Shown here piece after piece: positions 16,492 to 28,202 of a stretch of 64,000 nt of DNA. Positions within the stretch are counted from its first letter, which is position 1, and every line of letters begins with the position of its first letter. The translations under genes were made by a program, and so were the position numbers. The notes beneath the pieces were generated by a model. It was given only the letters and a program-made list of their open reading frames with translations. It was not told the origin of the DNA and did not search any database. Source of the stretch: an uncultured Bifidobacteriaceae bacterium (GTDB lineage: Bacteria; Actinomycetota; Acidimicrobiia; IMCC26256; PALSA-555); the NCBI GenBank assembly GCA_964501785.1, contig CAZCUD010000004.1, forward strand, positions 111,652 to 175,651, written 5' to 3'.

Positions 16492-17745
16492 ATGAGGGTT
16501 GACGTGCTCGCGATCGGGACCGAGCTGCTGCTCGGGCAGATCGTCGACACCAACAGCGCGTGGATCGGTGAGCAGCTCGCCGCGGCGGGCCTCGACACCT
16601 ACGACCATCGCAAGGTCGGTGACAACCAGGCGCGGATGGTGGCCGCGCTGCGCGACCTCCTGCGCGAGGCCGACGCGGTCATCGTCTGCGGCGGGCTCGG
16701 GCCCACCCAGGACGACGTCACCCGCGACGCGATCGCCGAGCTGATGGGGGTGCCGCTCGAACGGCGGGACGATCTCATCGACCACATCGCCGCGCTGTTC
16801 GGCGGGCGGGGCCGGGAGATGAGCGCCAACAACCTGCGTCAGGCCGATGTCCCCGTCGGCGGCGACGTCATCCCCAACCCGATCGGCACCGCCCCGGGGC
16901 TCGAGTGCGAGGTCGACGATCCGGGTGGCTCGGGCACGAAGAAGGTCGTCTACGCGGTCCCCGGCGTTCCCTACGAGATGCAGCTCATGGTCACCGAGCA
17001 CGTGCTGCCCGACCTGTTGGCCCGCTCGGGCGAGCGGTCGGTGATCGTCTCGCGCTCGCTCAAGACCTGGGGCACCTCCGAGTCGGGCCTCGCCGAGATG
17101 ATCTCCGCGCGGGTCGACACGCAGTCGAACCCGACGATCGCGTTCCTCGCCCGGGGCATCGAAGGCCTGTACGTGCGGCTGACCGCCAAGGCCGAGACCG
17201 AGGCCGACGCCCGCGCGCTCCTGGACGCCGAGGAGGCCGAGCTGCGCCCCATCATCGGCGAGCTGATCTTCGCGATCGACGACCAGACGATGGAGTCGGT
17301 GGTCCTCGACCTGTGCAGCGAGCGGGGCTGGTCGTTGGGAGTCGCCGAGTCGTTGACCGGCGGGCTCGTCGGTGCGCGCCTCTCGAACGTCCCCGGCGCG
17401 AGCCACACCTACCGTGGCTCGATCGCGTCGTACGCGACGCAGGTGAAGCGGTCGGTGCTCGGCGTCGAGGCCGACAGCGTGGTGAGCGAGCAGGCGGCGA
17501 TCGAGATGGCCGAGGGAGCCAGGCGCGCGCTCGGGTGCGAGGTCGCGCTGTCCATCACCGGGGTCGCGGGGCCCGACGAGCAGGACGGTCAGCCGGTCGG
17601 CACGGTGTGGTTCGGGATCGCCATCCCGGGCCACGAGACCATGGCGATGACCGCGCGCCTGCCGGGCGACCGCGAGCGCGTCCGGCAGTTCTCGACGATC
17701 TCGGGGCTCAACCTCCTGCGCATGCGGCTGCTCGCGCTCCCCTGA
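16492..17745 (+). CDS. cinA: CinA family protein (MoCF-like N-domain plus nicotinamide-nucleotide amidohydrolase C-domain)
   Basis: It reads MRVDVLAIGTELLLGQIVDTNSAWI, and the C-terminal PncC-type domain has ESLTGGL...ITGVAGP. Confidence 0.85.
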   Translation: MRVDVLAIGTELLLGQIVDTNSAWIGEQLAAAGLDTYDHRKVGDNQARMVAALRDLLREADAVIVCGGLGPTQDDVTRDAIAELMGVPLERRDDLIDHIAALFGGRGREMSANNLRQADVPVGGDVIPNPIGTAPGLECEVDDPGGSGTKKVVYAVPGVPYEMQLMVTEHVLPDLLARSGERSVIVSRSLKTWGTSESGLAEMISARVDTQSNPTIAFLARGIEGLYVRLTAKAETEADARALLDAEEAELRPIIGELIFAIDDQTMESVVLDLCSERGWSLGVAESLTGGLVGARLSNVPGASHTYRGSIASYATQVKRSVLGVEADSVVSEQAAIEMAEGARRALGCEVALSITGVAGPDEQDGQPVGTVWFGIAIPGHETMAMTARLPGDRERVRQFSTISGLNLLRMRLLALP

Positions 17746-17762
17746 CCGGCACTCGCGCTCCG

Positions 17763-18323
17763 ATGCGGCGCGGCTTCCTGGCGATCGACCCCCCGCCCCC
17801 GGTGCTCGACGAGATCTCTGGTTGCGTAGCTCACCTTCGTGACGAGGGTCGAGCCACGCATGACCGGCTGCGGTGGACGACCCGCAACCAGTGGCACGTC
17901 ACGATCCAGTTCCTCGGTCGGGTCGGAGACGTCGACGCGCTCGTGGAGACCGTGCGCCGCGCGACCGCGACGCTCTCCGCGTTCGAGGTGCGACTCGGCG
18001 GCGCCGGCGCGTTCCCGCGACCGGCGCGAGCCGCGACCCTGTGGCTGGGCGTCGAGCGCGGGCGCGACGAGCTGCGCGGCCTGGCGGCGGCCGTCACCGA
18101 GCAGACCGCCCGGTTGGGCTACGAGGGCGAGGTCGACTTCAGCCCGCACCTGACGCTGGCCCGGGTGAAGGCGCGCGCCGATCTGCGACCGGTCGTCGCG
18201 GCGATCGGCACTCGCCCGGTCGGCCCGGCGTGGACGGTGCGCGAGGTGGTGCTGTACGACAGCGACACGCGCCCCGAGGGGGCGCGCTACACCGCGGTCA
18301 GCCGGATCCCGCTGGGGGAGTAG
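17763..18323 (+). CDS. thpR: RNA 2',3'-cyclic phosphodiesterase (2H family, ThpR/LigT)
   Basis: ATG at 17763 within the longer ORF 16905..18323. It has two HxT motifs (HVTIQF, HLTLAR). Confidence 0.8.
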   Translation: MRRGFLAIDPPPPVLDEISGCVAHLRDEGRATHDRLRWTTRNQWHVTIQFLGRVGDVDALVETVRRATATLSAFEVRLGGAGAFPRPARAATLWLGVERGRDELRGLAAAVTEQTARLGYEGEVDFSPHLTLARVKARADLRPVVAAIGTRPVGPAWTVREVVLYDSDTRPEGARYTAVSRIPLGE

Positions 18324-19296
18324 CCGACGGGGCGGGCGACGGCACGGCCGGCGGTGCGCCCGCGCCGGCCTCGGGGAGCTTCGCCAGCCTCCGCAGCTCG
18401 TCGATCCGCTCGTCGAGCAGGAGCTCCTTGCCCAACGTGCGCGTCGCCCGTGACGACGAGGTCCCGAGCGCCTTCGCGGGGAACTCGACCCACAGGGGCG
18501 CCGTCGACCGGGTGACCCGTCCGACCTGACTCGGGTCCTCGTCGAGCTTCTCGAGGGCGCGCACGAGCGAACCCGGGTTGCGGGTGAAGTGGATCGCGCG
18601 CCGATCGCGGTCGCTCGCCTGACCCTTCAGGGCCCACGTCTGGAGCCACTCGGCGAGCTTCGTCGGCGCCCAGCCGAGCAGCAGCGAGAACGGGTTGTCA
18701 CCATCGCGCGACGCGATCGCGCCCCCGGTGAGCGCCACCGTCCAGCTCGACAGGGCGACGTCCCAGCTCCCCATGCGGCTCACCTCGTAGGCGAGGACCG
18801 CCTCGAGCTCGTCGCGCGAGAGCTTGTCGATCAGGCCGGTGGTGACGGCGACGATCGTGCGGGACGGCCGAGTGCCCACGCCGAACGAGTTGGGCGCCGG
18901 GTCCTCGATGATCGCGAAGCGTGGCGCGGGGAGCCCCGCGGCGATCGCGAGCCCTTCGAGGAGGTTGCGGACGCGCGGGTGCTCGTCGGGGTCGGCGACG
19001 TGGGCGCCGGTCTCCGACAGCACTCGACGCTCGAGGCGACGGCGCTGCAGCGGGATCTTGAGCAGCGCGAGGACGAGGCCGACGACGAAGGACACCACGA
19101 CGATGCCGCCGATGAGGATCCCGAAGATCCGGAAGCCGTCGGCGTCGTCGGGGAAGATGCCGCCCTCGAACATGCCCCAGGCCACGAGCCCCAGGGCGAC
19201 CGCCACCGCGGCGAGGGCCGTCGCCAGCATGTAGTTGAGGGTCGCCAGCACGAGCAGCACCGCGATCCGCCCCCGGTTGCCCGCCTCTTCGATCAC
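18298..19296 (-). CDS. M48/HtpX-like membrane protein with degenerate metal site (probable pseudo-peptidase)
   Basis: It has TM helices and HtpX-like blocks (NSFGVG, VAVTTGLIDKLSRDELEAVLA). The HExxH motif is replaced by YEVSR, and the distal Glu region reads SDRDRRA. Confidence 0.7.
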   Translation of the reverse strand: MIEEAGNRGRIAVLLVLATLNYMLATALAAVAVALGLVAWGMFEGGIFPDDADGFRIFGILIGGIVVVSFVVGLVLALLKIPLQRRRLERRVLSETGAHVADPDEHPRVRNLLEGLAIAAGLPAPRFAIIEDPAPNSFGVGTRPSRTIVAVTTGLIDKLSRDELEAVLAYEVSRMGSWDVALSSWTVALTGGAIASRDGDNPFSLLLGWAPTKLAEWLQTWALKGQASDRDRRAIHFTRNPGSLVRALEKLDEDPSQVGRVTRSTAPLWVEFPAKALGTSSSRATRTLGKELLLDERIDELRRLAKLPEAGAGAPPAVPSPAPSATPPAGSG

Positions 19297-19379
19297 CGCT
19301 GGTCGCCCTCCGTCCCGCCGGTCCCCGGTCGGCTCCGCCTCGGGCCTCGGACCCTAGCGAGCCCGGAAAGCCTTGCCTC

Positions 19380-19393
19380 CGAACGGGTGTTCG
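19380..19393. promoter_or_regulatory. LexA (SOS) box CGAAC-N4-GTTCG upstream of recA
   Basis: CGAACGGGTGTTCG matches the actinobacterial/Gram-positive GAAC-N4-GTTC consensus perfectly. It is followed immediately by the -10-like TAGGGT (19395-19400). Confidence 0.7.
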
Positions 19394-19554
19394 GTTAGGG
19401 TCACACGCATGTGATTCGGTGCCTAGAGTCACCGGCAGCCGTCGTGATCGCCGATCGCGAGTCGCTGTCACACCCCACCCGTACCGTGCTCGCCACGGCG
19501 CTTCCCCCAAGCGACCACGACCGACAGCAGTCAGACGCACCAGGAGGACCCAAG

Positions 19555-20694
<1,140 letters not shown>

Positions 20695-20753
20695 CACCAG
20701 CGACACCATCACCCCAGCAACACCCCAGCAAGCAACACCAGCAAGCCCCAAGA

Positions 20754-20786
20754 GCACCGGCGGGAGTCCCCAGCTCCCGCCGGTGC
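20754..20786. terminator. bidirectional terminator hairpin between recA and the convergent TauE gene
   Basis: GCACCGGCGGGAG-TCCCCAG-CTCCCGCCGGTGC forms a perfect 13-bp stem. Confidence 0.7.
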
Positions 20787-20810
20787 TGCGTTCGGCTGCG
20801 AGCGCAGTGC

Positions 20811-21533
20811 TCAGGTCAGGGCGCGGACGAGCGCGGCGAGGCCGGCGACGGCGGAGAGCACGAGGACGGCGGGGCGCAGCCAGCCGCCGTCGACGTGCAC
20901 GTGGAAGTGCCGGCTCGCCCACAGCCCGAACACCATGAACGGGGCGAGCGCGAGGGCGAGCAGCACCTGGTCGAGGTCCATGATCCCGGTCGCGGCGTAG
21001 CCGACGATCGAGAGCCCCGCGCTCACCGCGAAGAACGCGCCCAGGGTGGCGCGCGCGATCGGGCCGGATCGGTGCTGGAAGAGCAGGGCCACCGGCGGCC
21101 CGCCGACCCCGGTCGCGGTGCCGAACAGGTTCGACGTGAAGCCCGCCGCGAGAGCGGTGCCCCGGTTGGTCGGGACGGGTGGCGCGAGCAGGCTGGCAGT
21201 CACGCCGGTCAGGACGGTCACCGCCACGATGATCGTCAGGGTCGTCACGTCGGTCGCCGCGACGATGACGAGGCCGAGCGCCGTTCCGGGCAGTGCACCT
21301 CCGAGCATCCACGGGAGCGCGAGTCGGTCGAGGGCGTGGTGCTCCCGCACCACCGTCGTGATCGCGATCGGGATCGCCAGCAGGACGATCGTCGTGGGAA
21401 TCGCCTCGGGGATCGTCAGCGCGACGAAGGGCACCGCCAGGATGTTGAGGCCGAGGCCGAGCGAGCCCTGCACGATCGAGCCCACCACGACGGCCGCCGC
21501 GACGACTGCGAACTCGGCGATCCCGACGTGCAT
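20811..21533 (-). CDS. TauE/SafE family (sulfite/anion exporter-like) membrane protein
   Basis: ATG at 21533 (MHVGIAEFAVV...). It is polytopic and Gly/Ala/Leu-rich, with the duplicated 4-TM pattern typical of the family. 240 aa. Confidence 0.8.
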   Translation of the reverse strand: MHVGIAEFAVVAAAVVVGSIVQGSLGLGLNILAVPFVALTIPEAIPTTIVLLAIPIAITTVVREHHALDRLALPWMLGGALPGTALGLVIVAATDVTTLTIIVAVTVLTGVTASLLAPPVPTNRGTALAAGFTSNLFGTATGVGGPPVALLFQHRSGPIARATLGAFFAVSAGLSIVGYAATGIMDLDQVLLALALAPFMVFGLWASRHFHVHVDGGWLRPAVLVLSAVAGLAALVRALT

Positions 21534-21608
21534 CGGCGCATCCTGGCAGAGCCGATCGGCCGGCGACCCCGGGGTTCGGCCCGAGACCCTCTCGTACACT
21601 TGGTTCCC

Positions 21609-22994
21609 GTGACCCGGCGCTTCCACGTGCGCACCTTCGGGTGTCAGATGAACGAGCACGACTCGGAGCGCATCGCCGGGCTCCTCGCCGCGGAGGGCAT
21701 GGAGTCGGTCGACGATCCCGATCGGGCGGACGTCGTCGTCCTCAACACCTGCTGCATCCGTGAGAACGCCGACAACAAGCTCTACGGGCACCTCGGCCAC
21801 CTCCACTCCCTGAAGCAGCGACGGCCCGACCTCCAGATCGCGGTCGGCGGCTGCCTCGCGCAGAAGGATCGGGAGCGGATCGTCGAACGGGCCGGCCACG
21901 TCGACGTCGTCTTCGGCACCCACAACCTCCACCGGGCCGCGGAGCTGCTCCAGGAGGCACGCGACGAGGTCGAACCACTGGTCGAGATCGTCGACGAGCA
22001 CGATGCCGACGCCGCGACGGTGCTCGGAGCGCTGCCGGTCCGTCGTGAGAGCCCGCACAGCGCTTGGGTGACGATCCAGATCGGGTGCGACAACTCGTGC
22101 ACCTTCTGCATCGTCCCGATCGTCCGGGGCGCCGAGATCAGCCGCCGGATGGGTGACATCGTGCGCGAGGTCGAGGAGCTGGCTGCGGATGGCGTCCGGG
22201 AGGTCACCCTCCTCGGCCAGAACGTCAACTCGTACGGTCGCGACCTCGGTGCCGGCCAATGGAGTCCACGCTTCGCCGATCTGCTGCGCGCCGTCGACGC
22301 CGTCGACGGGATCGGCCGCATCCGGTACACGTCGCCGCACCCGAAGGACCTGCGCCCCGACACGATCGCGGCCATGGCGGAGTGCGAAGCCGTCTGCGAA
22401 CAGCTCCATCTCCCGCTGCAGTCGGGCAGCGACCGCACCCTGTCGCGCATGCACCGCGGGTACACGGCCGAGCGCTACCTCGCTCGGCTGGCCGACGCGC
22501 GTGCCGCGATCCCCGACCTCGCGGTCACGACCGATCTCATCGTCGGCTTCCCGGGTGAGTCCGACGACGACTTCGAGCGTACGCTCGACGTCGTCGACGC
22601 GGCTGCCTTCGACGCCGCGTACACCTTCGTGTTCTCGCCACGACCGGGGACCCCGGCGGCCGAGATGACCGAGGACGCCGTGCCGACGGCCGTCGCGCAG
22701 GAGCGGATGGTGCGCCTCACCGAGGTGGTGGAGCGCCATGCCCTCGCGCACCATCGGGCGCGGGTCGGGCTCGTCGAAGAGGTCCTCGTCGAGGGACCCT
22801 CGAAGAAGGACCCGGCGCGTCGCTCCGGCCGGACGCGACAGGGCAAGCTCGTCCACTTCGACGCTGACCCGGCCGACGCCCCCGCCGGGGCTCTCGTGTC
22901 GGTGCGGGTGACCCACGGTGCTCCGCACTGGCTCTCGGGTGACCTCGTGCGCGACCACGGCGGTCGACGCCGGATCCCCGTCGTCGCCGCTTGA
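21609..22994 (+). CDS. miaB: tRNA-2-methylthio-N6-dimethylallyladenosine synthase
   Basis: GTG at 21609 (VTRRFHVRTFGCQMNEHDSE). It has a radical-SAM CDNSCTFC motif and a C-terminal TRAM domain. Confidence 0.9.
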   Translation: MTRRFHVRTFGCQMNEHDSERIAGLLAAEGMESVDDPDRADVVVLNTCCIRENADNKLYGHLGHLHSLKQRRPDLQIAVGGCLAQKDRERIVERAGHVDVVFGTHNLHRAAELLQEARDEVEPLVEIVDEHDADAATVLGALPVRRESPHSAWVTIQIGCDNSCTFCIVPIVRGAEISRRMGDIVREVEELAADGVREVTLLGQNVNSYGRDLGAGQWSPRFADLLRAVDAVDGIGRIRYTSPHPKDLRPDTIAAMAECEAVCEQLHLPLQSGSDRTLSRMHRGYTAERYLARLADARAAIPDLAVTTDLIVGFPGESDDDFERTLDVVDAAAFDAAYTFVFSPRPGTPAAEMTEDAVPTAVAQERMVRLTEVVERHALAHHRARVGLVEEVLVEGPSKKDPARRSGRTRQGKLVHFDADPADAPAGALVSVRVTHGAPHWLSGDLVRDHGGRRRIPVVAA

Positions 22995-23908
22995 CGACCG
23001 AGCACCTGGCCCTCGTCGGGCCCACTGCGTCGGGCAAGTCCGCCCTGGCCCTCGACGTCGCCGAGCGCCTCGGTGACGTGGAGATCGTCTCGCTCGACTC
23101 GATGCAGGTCTATCGGGGGCTCGACATCGGCACCGCGACCCCGACGTCGGCCGAGCAGGCGCGGGTCCCGCACCACCTGGTCGACTGCGTCGAACCGGAG
23201 GAGGAGTGGTCGGTCGCCCGGACCCAGGACGCCGCCCGGGCCGCGGTCCGCGAGATCGAGTCCCGCGGCCGGCGCGCGCTGCTCGTGGGCGGCACCGGCC
23301 TCTACGTCCAGGCGGTCGTCGACGACCTTCGCTTCCCGGGCGAGGACCTCGCGGTGCGGTCGGAGCTCGAGGCATGGACCGCCGAGCCCGGAGGCGTCGC
23401 CGCCGCGCACGCCGAGCTGGAGGCGCTCGATCCGGCGGCGGCCGCGAAGATCGATCCGCACAACGCGCGCCGGATCGTGCGCGCGCTCGAGGTCATCCGG
23501 TCGACCGGCCGGCCCTTCTCGTCCTTCGGGCCAGGCGTCGCCGGGTTCGGGCCGACGGCGTTCCCGGTCTCGATCGTCGGCGTCTGGCTGCCCCGCGAGG
23601 CCCTCGCCCGGCGGATCCGGACGCGGGTGTGCGCCATGCGGGATGCGGGACTCCTCGGCGAGGTGCGGGGCCTGCAAGGGCGTCTGTCGCGGACGGCCGC
23701 CCAGGCGATCGGCTACAAGGAGCTCCTCGCGCACCTCGACGGCGAGACCTCCGAGGACGAGGCGTTCGAGCTCGTCGTGCGGCGGACCCGTTCGTTCGCC
23801 CGGCGTCAGCGCATGTGGTTCCGCCGCGACCCCCGCATCGAGTGGCTCGGAGCGGCCGAGAATCCCTGCCCGCTCGCCCTGGCACTCCTGGCAAGGTGGA
23901 GGGCGTGA
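22991..23908 (+). CDS. miaA: tRNA dimethylallyltransferase
   Basis: The TTG start overlaps the miaB stop. The P-loop is GPTASGKS, with DSMQVYRGLDIGT. Confidence 0.9.
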   Translation: MTTEHLALVGPTASGKSALALDVAERLGDVEIVSLDSMQVYRGLDIGTATPTSAEQARVPHHLVDCVEPEEEWSVARTQDAARAAVREIESRGRRALLVGGTGLYVQAVVDDLRFPGEDLAVRSELEAWTAEPGGVAAAHAELEALDPAAAAKIDPHNARRIVRALEVIRSTGRPFSSFGPGVAGFGPTAFPVSIVGVWLPREALARRIRTRVCAMRDAGLLGEVRGLQGRLSRTAAQAIGYKELLAHLDGETSEDEAFELVVRRTRSFARRQRMWFRRDPRIEWLGAAENPCPLALALLARWRA

Positions 23909-24746
23909 TGCGGGTCTCCAAGCTCCACGGAACGGGGAACGACTTCCTCGTCACGGTCGCGGACGGCTCCGGCGCTCCCGGAGCCGAGGTCGCGCGCGCC
24001 CTGTGCGACCGGCACCGCGGCATCGGCGCCGACGGCCTGATCACCCTGCTGCCGGCATCCGGCGATGCCGACTGCACCATGGAGCTGCGCAACGCCGACG
24101 GACGGGTCGCCGAGATGAGCGGCAACGGCATCCGGTGCCTGGCCTGGGTGGCGCACCGGGAAGGGCTCGGCACCGACGGTCGTCTCGTGGTCGACACCGG
24201 CGGGGGGCGACGCGTCGTCACGGGTCGCTACGACGGCGTCGAGCTGCCGTACGCGACCGTCGACATGGGCCCGGTGACCTTCGAGCCGTCGGAGATCCCG
24301 GTCGACGCGCCGAGCCCCTTCGAGCTCGAAGCGACCTTCCACGGTGTGACGTACCACGGCGATGCCGCCGGCGTGGGCAACCCGCACCTCGTCCTCTTCG
24401 TCGACGACGTCGCCGCCGCTCGCGTCACCCAGCACGGTCCGCGCCTCGAGCGCGACGACCGGTTCCCCAACCGCACCAACGTCGAGTTCGTCGAGGTCGT
24501 CGACCCGAAGCGCCTGAAGATGCGGGTCTGGGAACGCGGGGTCGGCGAGACGCTGTCGTGCGGCACCGGAGTCTGCGCTGCCGCTGCCGCCGCGCATCGC
24601 CGGGGCCTCGTCGAGGACTCGGTGACGGTCGAGGTGCCGGGCGGGGAGCACGTCGTGGGCATGGGTGACACCGTGCATCTCGGTGGTGGCGTGCTGCACG
24701 TGTTCGATGCCGAGGTCGACGAGCGGGAGCTCGTGCGGAGGCTGGC

Positions 24747-24750
<4 letters not shown>
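23908..24750 (+). CDS. dapF: diaminopimelate epimerase
   Basis: The ATG at 23908 overlaps the miaA stop. It has KLHGTGNDFLV and active-site contexts MSGNGIRC / SCGTG. Confidence 0.9.
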
Positions 24751-26069
<1,319 letters not shown>

Positions 26070-26078
26070 CCTCCGTCG

Positions 26079-27242
26079 ATGGCGCGCGCTGCGGTCGAGG
26101 GGGGCTTCGTCCCGCCTCCGTATCCGCACGACCGCTTGGGTGGCCTCCTGGAGATCGCGGCGGCGGCGCCGGGTGGCCTGGTCGACGCCTCCGTCGGCAC
26201 ACCGGTGGATCCCACGCCGGCGTTCGTCGTGGAGGCGGCGCGGCGGGCCCTCGAGGACGCCACCGGCTACCCGGCGAGCATCGGGTATCCCGCACTCCGC
26301 GAAGCAGCCGTCGGCTGGATCCGGCGGCGCTTCGGCGTGGAGCTCGCGCCCGATGCCGTGACCGCGTGCGTGGGCACGAAGGAGGCGGTCGCCTCGTTGC
26401 CGCGGCTGCTGTCGCTGCGCGATCCGTCGCGCGACACCGTCCTCTACCCGGCGCTCGCCTACCCCACCTACGCGATGGGGGCGGAGCTCGCGGGTCTGCG
26501 AGCGGTGCCCGTACCCCTCGACGAGGGCTGGCGTCCCGACGTGGATCGCCTCGATCCCGAGGACGTCGGCCGGGCCCTGCTCCTGTGGTGCAACGACCCC
26601 GCGAACCCGACCGGCGTCGGCGCGCCGCCCGACCGGCTCGTGCGGACGGTCGCGTGGGCACGGGACCACGGGATCGTCGTCGCGAGCGACGAGTGCTACG
26701 CCGAGTTCACCTACGACGAGCACGGCGGGTCGGCCGACCCCGTGACCGCCCTCCAGGGCGGCACCGACGGGGTCCTGGCCGTGCACTCCCTGTCGAAGCG
26801 CTCCAACATGGCCGGCTTCCGGGTGGGGTTCTTCGCCGGTGACGCCGGGCTCGTCCGCTACCTGGGCGAGGTGCGCAAGCACGCCGGGATGATGATCCCG
26901 AGCCCGATGCAGGCGGCCGGCATCGCCGCGCTCGGCGACGACGGCCACGTCGAAGCGCAGCGGCGGCGCTACGCGACGCGCCGGGCTCGCCTCGTCGATG
27001 CCCTGGCATCGATCGGCATCGTCCACGACGGGGGCCCGTCGGCGTTCTACCTGTGGCTCCGCGCCGCGAACGACGACACCGAGGCCTGGCCCCTCGCGAC
27101 CCACCTGGCCCGGGCGGGTGTGCTCGTCGCCCCGGGCGACCTGTACGGTCCCGGCGGCGCGCACCACGTGCGGCTCGCGCTCACGCTCACCGACGAGCAG
27201 GTCGAGCGCGTCGCCACCAACGTCATCGGGCTCCAGAGGTGA
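26079..27242 (+). CDS. dapC: class I/II aminotransferase, probable N-succinyldiaminopimelate aminotransferase
   Basis: The PLP-lysine context is SLSKRSNMAGFRVGF. It lies immediately upstream of dapD. The functional assignment rests on context only. Confidence 0.7.
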   Translation: MARAAVEGGFVPPPYPHDRLGGLLEIAAAAPGGLVDASVGTPVDPTPAFVVEAARRALEDATGYPASIGYPALREAAVGWIRRRFGVELAPDAVTACVGTKEAVASLPRLLSLRDPSRDTVLYPALAYPTYAMGAELAGLRAVPVPLDEGWRPDVDRLDPEDVGRALLLWCNDPANPTGVGAPPDRLVRTVAWARDHGIVVASDECYAEFTYDEHGGSADPVTALQGGTDGVLAVHSLSKRSNMAGFRVGFFAGDAGLVRYLGEVRKHAGMMIPSPMQAAGIAALGDDGHVEAQRRRYATRRARLVDALASIGIVHDGGPSAFYLWLRAANDDTEAWPLATHLARAGVLVAPGDLYGPGGAHHVRLALTLTDEQVERVATNVIGLQR

Positions 27243-27262
27243 TCGGGGATGAGTGATCGGGC

Positions 27263-28081
27263 ATGAGTGATCTGGCCGCGAGGGTCGGGGAGCTGTGGGA
27301 CGACCGCGACGCGCTCGAGGCGCACGGGGACGCCCGTGAGGTCGTCCATGCGGTCGTCGACATGCTCGACCAGGGCACCGCGCGGGTCGCGGAGGTCGTC
27401 GACGACGAGGTCGTCGTGCACGAGTGGTGCAAGCAGGCGATCCTCCTCCTGTTCCGGTTGGAGCAGATGGAGACCATCGAGGTCGGTCCGTTCGAGTACG
27501 CGGACAAGCTCCCGCTGAAGCACGGCTACGAGGCCGCGAAGGTGCGGGCGGTCCCGGGCTCGTCGGCGCGGTGGGGCTCCTACCTCGCGCCCGGCGTCAT
27601 CCTCATGCCGAGCTACGTCAACATCGGTGCCCGGGTCGGTGAGGGCACCATGGTCGACACGTGGGCGACGGTCGGTTCGTGTGCACAGATCGGCGCCCGG
27701 GTGCACCTGTCGGGTGGTGTCGGCATCGGCGGCGTGCTGGAGCCGCCCCAGGCGGCACCCGTGATCATCGGTGACGAGTGCACGATCGGCAGCCGGTGCA
27801 TGGTGACCCAGGGGGCGCGGGTCGGTGACGGCAGCGTGCTCGGCGAGGGCGTGATCCTCAACCCGGGCATCCCCGTGATCGACGCCGAGACCGGTGAGGA
27901 GGTGAGCCGGGGAGTCGTGCCGCCGTGGTGCATCGTCGTGCAGGCGATGCGGCCCCGACAGTTCCCCGGAGGCGAGTACCACCTGCCGTGCGCGCTCATC
28001 ATCCGCCGGCTCACCGAGGGGGAGCGGGCCGACAAGGCCAAGCTCAACGACATCCTTCGTGACCACGGGGTGGCCACGTAG
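27263..28081 (+). CDS. dapD: 2,3,4,5-tetrahydropyridine-2,6-dicarboxylate N-succinyltransferase
   Basis: It has a hexapeptide-repeat (left-handed beta-helix) core and the DapD-type N-terminal domain. 272 aa. Confidence 0.85.
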   Translation: MSDLAARVGELWDDRDALEAHGDAREVVHAVVDMLDQGTARVAEVVDDEVVVHEWCKQAILLLFRLEQMETIEVGPFEYADKLPLKHGYEAAKVRAVPGSSARWGSYLAPGVILMPSYVNIGARVGEGTMVDTWATVGSCAQIGARVHLSGGVGIGGVLEPPQAAPVIIGDECTIGSRCMVTQGARVGDGSVLGEGVILNPGIPVIDAETGEEVSRGVVPPWCIVVQAMRPRQFPGGEYHLPCALIIRRLTEGERADKAKLNDILRDHGVAT

Positions 28082-28202
28082 CGACGGCGGAGACCGACCT
28101 CGGGAGGTCTCCCGAAGAGTCAGTTGAGGCGGCGGCCCTGCCGGCGGCTCGACGGCGGAGACCGACCTCGGGAGGTCTCCCGAAGAGTCAGTTGAGGCGG
28201 CG
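28082..28202. repeat. tandem direct duplication (53-bp identical copies at 28082-28134 and 28150-28202, period 68 bp), each with a GGAGACC...GGTCTCC hairpin
   Basis: Both copies read CGACGGCGGAGACCGACCTCGGGAGGTCTCCCGAAGAGTCAGTTGAGGCGGCG. The second copy contains the last four codons and stop of lexA (RRLN*). The hairpin serves as a likely terminator for the convergent dapD and lexA genes. Confidence 0.9.

Noticed and set aside
19411-19554. The 48-codon N-terminal extension of recA in the ORF track.
   Set aside because: The extension runs through the region downstream of the SOS box and promoter. The conserved RecA N-terminus (…[19 protein letters not shown]) begins at GTG 19555, which has a strong AGGAGGA Shine-Dalgarno sequence.
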